A stretch of 63,533 nucleotides of DNA, the filler included, from Octopus bimaculoides (lineage: Eukaryota): assembly GCF_001194135.2 (NCBI RefSeq). It is 5 parts of 3 records of this genome, joined end to end, with 100 filler letters (N's around TTAATTAATTAA, not from the genome) between each part and the next. Parts side by side here need not be neighbours in the genome. Positions count along the whole stretch, not along the records: positions 50,833 to 60,748 come from NC_069009.1; positions 60,849 to 63,533 come from NC_069009.1; 3 more parts are not named here. One strand, written 5' to 3'. Shown here in pieces: positions 58,933 to 63,533 of the stretch (position 1 is its first letter; every line of letters starts with the position of its first letter). The notes beneath the pieces are model-generated. The model saw only the letters and a program-made list of their open reading frames with translations, had not been told where the DNA came from and ran no database searches. Made by a program: the position numbers and the translations under genes.

Positions 58933-59803
58933 TATATNNNNNNNNNNNNNNNNNNNNNNNNNNNNNNNNNNNNNNNNNNNNNNNNNNNNNNNNNNNNNNN
59001 NNNNNNNNNNNNNNNNNNNNNNNNNNNNNNNNNNNNNNNNNNNNNNNNNNNNNNNNNNNNNNNNNNNNNNNNNNNNNNNNNNNNNNNNNNNNNNNNNNNN
59101 NNNNNNNNNNNNNNNNNNNNNNNNNNNNNNNNNNNNNNNNNNNNNNNNNNNNNNNNNNNNNNNNNNNNNNNNNNNNNNNNNNNNNNNNNNNNNNNNNNNN
59201 NNNNNNNNNNNNNNNNNNNNNNNNNNNNNNNNNNNNNNNNNNNNNNNNNNNNNNNNNNNNNNNNNNNNNNNNNNNNNNNNNNNNNNNNNNNNNNNNNNNN
59301 NNNNNNNNNNNNNNNNNNNNNNNNNNNNNNNNNNNNNNNNNNNNNNNNNNNNNNNNNNNNNNNNNNNNNNNNNNNNNNNNNNNNNNNNNNNNNNNNNNNN
59401 NNNNNNNNNNNNNNNNNNNNNNNNNNNNNNNNNNNNNNNNNNNNNNNNNNNNNNNNNNNNNNNNNNNNNNNNNNNNNNNNNNNNNNNNNNNNNNNNNNNN
59501 NNNNNNNNNNNNNNNNNNNNNNNNNNNNNNNNNNNNNNNNNNNNNNNNNNNNNNNNNNNNNNNNNNNNNNNNNNNNNNNNNNNNNNNNNNNNNNNNNNNN
59601 NNNNNNNNNNNNNNNNNNNNNNNNNNNNNNNNNNNNNNNNNNNNNNNNNNNNNNNNNNNNNNNNNNNNNNNNNNNNNNNNNNNNNNNNNNNNNNNNNNNN
59701 NNNNNNNNNNNNNNNNNNNNNNNNNNNNNNNNNNNNNNNNNNNNNNNNNNNNNNNNNNNNNNNNNNNNNNNNNNNNNNNNNNNNNNNNNNNNNNNATATA
59801 TGA

Positions 59804-59850
<47 letters not shown>

Positions 59851-59956
59851 CACACACACACACACATACGAAGATAGTGTGGATACATAAAGAAATGTTT
59901 GGAGCCAGCATGCTTTTTTGACAACTACGCAGAAACTCTTATACACACGCTCACAT

Positions 59957-59988
<32 letters not shown>

Positions 59989-60848
59989 TTATGTGTGTGT
60001 GTATACACTATACGTTTGTATCTATGTTTGCAAATATGTGCGTGTGTGTTTGTCTATTCCTAAAAGATATATATATATATATATATTTGTATGTAAAATA
60101 TACATATACAAACATTCGTATATATGTTGACACATAGGTACATGGATACAGATATTTATGTATCCATCTGTATGTGTGCGTGTTTGTGTGTATTTGTATG
60201 CATAATATAGATATACAATCAATCATGTATATATATGTGTGTTCATACATAAATACGTATATATATTTCTACACACACACACACCTGCTTCTGTATATGT
60301 ATATACATAGTATATACACACACATATACATATACATAGGTATGTAGGTTGCCCACACACACACGAACATATATACATTTAGTAAGCTTTTTGTGTGAAT
60401 GAGTGTACGTACGTACGTACGTATGTATGTATGTATGTTTGTGTGCTTCACAGAAATGTACCAAAATTGTCTTCAATCATAAGAAATTACTGTTTCGTAC
60501 ATTGTAGTTCCCCACAGAGGGCAGCTTCAAAGAAATCAATACCATTTTCAAATGTCGTCTGCGTTTGTTCAATTGAAAGACGCCGTCTGCTTGAAATGGC
60601 TAATCTCCAACGAGCGTCGTTGCTCTCTTTTTTTGCACCAAAGACAGAGACCTTCGCATCCCATGAGATACAACATGCATGTACATGCACAAACACGTGG
60701 GCGCACATGTAAGTGTGTGTGTGTGTGTGTATGTGTATGTATATATATNNNNNNNNNNNNNNNNNNNNNNNNNNNNNNNNNNNNNNNNNNNNTTAATTAA
60801 TTAANNNNNNNNNNNNNNNNNNNNNNNNNNNNNNNNNNNNNNNNNNNN

Positions 60849-61167
60849 TTCTACTATTATAGCCTCAGGCCGACCAAAGCCTTTTGAGTGGATTTGGTAG
60901 ATGGAAACTGAAAGAAGCCTGTTGTATATATGTATATATATATATGTGTGTGTGTGTGTGTATGCTTGTGTGTCTGTGTTTGTGCCCCCCAACATTGCTT
61001 GACAACCGATGCTGGTGTGTTTACGTCCCCGTAACTTAGCGGTTCGGCATAAGAGACCGATAAAATAAGTACTAGGCTTCCACAGAATAAGTTCTGGGGT
61101 CGATTTGCTCGACTGAAGGCGGTGCTCCAGCATGGCAACAGTCAAATGACTGAAACAAGTAAAAGTG
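60849..61167 (+). mobile_element. SINE family B, head lost in the gap
   Basis: TAGCCTCAGGCCGACCAAAGCC..GGAAACTGAAAGAAGCC..GGCGGTGCTCCAGCATGGCAACAGTCAAATGACTGAAACAAGTAAAAG. Confidence 0.9.
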
Positions 61168-61879
61168 TAAAAGGGTACCTCACATGTATTTAAAAAGTAT
61201 AAATTTTCTATAAGGAACCATTTGTGATGAATCCCTGAAAGATATGTAAGCATTAAATAAATAGATTTTATTTAAAATCCTGACTGCCATCTTTTTCTTC
61301 ATATATATATATATGCACACACAATAGGCGTCTTTCTGTTTTCTAAATCCACCGACCAGGGTTTGGCCAGCCTAGAGCAACAGGTAGAGTCACTTGCTAC
61401 ACGGCATCACCTAGTGGGATTCAAGCTGAAACCATGTGATTGGGAATCAAGCATTCTTTTACATCATGAGCGAATTTCGTCTTTCTTAGCAAAAGCATGG
61501 TGTGCATCCAAGCAATTAACCCTTGCTGAAATTACTTCAATTAAAATAATCCGATTACGCTATCGAAAACCCTGTGTTTGCACAACCTCTCTCCTTTGTG
61601 CGCTGGTTATAAAAGATGCATATACATACAGAAGTGCACAGCTTACACGGAATGAGGATTCTAATTGTAAGTTTATGGTTAGTTGCAGTGCATTTCGGGT
61701 TCTGCTAAATGAGCTTCTTGCATGACATTTTCGTCTGTTCTGTTGCCGGAATGAATTTCCTTCTTAAAATATATATTGTGTTGTTGGAGTGTTTTAAGTA
61801 TGGGCCCCGCGTCTGTTGTGTGAATATCGGTGTATTTGATCTCATATTGGACTCTGGCACGCTTTGTAATTGTTGTTAT

Positions 61880-63130
61880 TGTTTTAGCCCCAGGTCAATC
61901 CTGATCCAGCAGACCTATGATCAAAGATGTTCTAGCTGTGACCATCCTGCCTTTTATTCAGACATGATGTATCTAGGACTACATAATTTAGTGTACAGTA
62001 TAGTAGTTAGTATTAATAGCTATAGATGTTGTTGTTGTTGTAGCCCTAGGTCAGTCCTGATCCAGCAGGCCTATGATCAAAGATGTTCTAGCTGTGACCA
62101 TCCTGCCTTTTATTCAGACATAGTGTACCTAGGACTACATAATTTAATGTACAATATAGTTGTTAGTATTAATAGCTATAGATGTTGTTGTTGTTGTAGC
62201 CCTAGGTCAGTCCTGATCCAGCAGACCTATGATCAAAGATGTCCTAACTGTGACCATCCTGCCTTTTATTCAGACATAGTGTATCTAGGACTACATAATT
62301 TAGNNNNNNNNNNNNNNNNNNNNNNNNNNNNNNNNNNNNNNNNNNNNNNNNNNNNNNNNNNNNNNNNNNNNAGTTAGTATTAATAGCTATAGATGTTGTT
62401 GTTGTTGTAGCCCTAGGTCAGTCCTGATCCAGCAGGCCTATGATCAAAGATGTTCTAGCTGTGACCATCCTGCCTTTTATTCAGACATAGTGTACCTAGG
62501 ACTACATAATTTAATGTACAATATAGTTGTTAGTATTAATAGCTATAGATGTTGTTGTTGTTGTAGCCCTAGGTCAGTCCTGATCCAGCAGACCTATGAT
62601 CAAAGATGTCCTAACTGTGACCATCCTGCCTTTTATTCAGACATAGTGTATCTAGGACTACATAATTTAATGTACAATATAGTAGTTAGTATTAATAGCT
62701 ATAGATGTTGTTGTTGTTGTTATTGTTTTAGCCCCAGGTCAGTCCTGATCCAGCAGGCCAATGATCAAAGATGTCCTAACTGTGACCATCCTGCCTTTTA
62801 TTCAGACATAGTGTATCTAGGACTACATAATTTAGTGTACAATATTGTTGTTAGTATTAATAGCTATAGATGTTGTTGTTGTAGCCCCAGGTCAGTCCTG
62901 ATCCAGCAGGGCTATGATCACAGATGTTCTAGCTGTGACCATTCTACCTCTTATTCAGACATAGTGTATCTCGGAATACATTATTCAATGTATAGCATAG
63001 TAGTTTGTATCGGTGGCTATAATCGTTGTTGTTGTATTTCTTTAGCCACCGGTCAGTCCTGATCTAAAAGACCTAAGATCAAAGTCATTCCACTTGTGAC
63101 CATCCCATCTTTTATTCTGACATAGTGTAA
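61880..63130. repeat. Minisatellite, at least 8 units of 153-165 bp (mode 156)
   Basis: Unit starts AGCCC(C/T)AGGTCA at 61886, 62042, 62198, 62409, 62565, 62730, 62883 and 63044; length varies in the (GTT)n linker. Confidence 0.95.
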
Positions 63131-63233
63131 TCTAGGAATGCATTATCTAATGTATAGAATAGTAATTTGTTTTAGCGGCTACAGCTGTCGAACAGTGGTG
63201 GGGGAAGAACTGACACAAAGACACATGCACACA

Positions 63234-63533
63234 CAGGCTTCTTTCAGTTTCCATCTACCAAATCCATTCACAAGGCTTTGGTCAGCTTGAGGCTATGGTA
63301 GTAGACACTTGCCCAAGGTGCCATGCAATGGGACTGAACCCGGAACCATGTGGTTGGTAAGCAAGCTACTTATACATATATATATATATACGACAGGCTT
63401 CTTTCAGTTTCCATCTACCAAATCCACTCACAAGGCTTTGGTCAGCTTGAGGCTATAATAGAAGACACTTGCCCAAAGTACCATGCAGTGGGACTGAACC
63501 CAGAACCATGTGGTTGGTAAGCAAGCTACTTAT
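63234..63533 (-). mobile_element. Two tandem 5' halves of SINE family B (160-bp period)
   Basis: CAGGCTTCTTTCAGTTTCCATCTACC at 63234 and 63394; the copies differ at several positions. Confidence 0.85.

Noticed and set aside
58733-59982. ORFs over 300 aa here and at 39215-40224, 8119-8838 and 51874-52553
   Set aside because: They only span N-gaps and dinucleotide repeats.
60508-60523. CTCF-like motif CCCACAGAGGGCAGC and adjacent short ORFs
   Set aside because: An imperfect single match is expected by chance; no convincing splice pair or homology.
61709-63062. Cys-rich repeat ORFs (CDHP...YRCCCC)
   Set aside because: Translation of the 156-bp minisatellite; the frame stays open because the unit length is a multiple of 3 and (GTT)n reads as Cys.
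61880-63130. CRISPR-like or retrozyme-like array
   Set aside because: Units are contiguous with no unique spacers, contain no HHR core, and the context is eukaryotic.

Overview
AT-rich animal genomic DNA, saturated with microsatellites and broken by about 20 N-gaps. The SINE families, microsatellite load and gap style suggest an octopus/coleoid cephalopod draft assembly (inference, not verified by search). There is no complete host gene; only two isolated candidate exons (15279-15359 and 37111-37201) have splice-site support. Nearly all listed ORFs are translations of simple repeats or gaps. The interpretable content is mobile DNA: three families of tRNA-derived SINEs; decayed LINEs (R4/Dong x2, RTE, CRE-like, a CR1/L2-like 3' end, L1/Tx1-type ORF1 x2); three Penelope-like (GIY-YIG) remnants; a Helitron RepHel fossil; Tc1/mariner derivatives; two LTRs; many palindromic or MITE-like elements; and a 156-bp minisatellite. 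Best leads: (1) eight type I minimal hammerhead ribozyme (HHR) motifs in four sequence families, one with a fully intact core (32542-32600); (2) a tRNA-promoter-headed, HHR-bearing SINE-like element with an inverted partial copy, flanked by a 12-bp direct repeat at the end of a Penelope ORF (14421-14861); (3) a 2.0-kb element bounded by a target-site duplication (TSD) that encodes only a zinc-knuckle ORF1 and no RT, is inserted into a SINE tRNA head, and shares its 3' end with one SINE family. All motif calls and alignments were made by eye; no database search or folding program was run.
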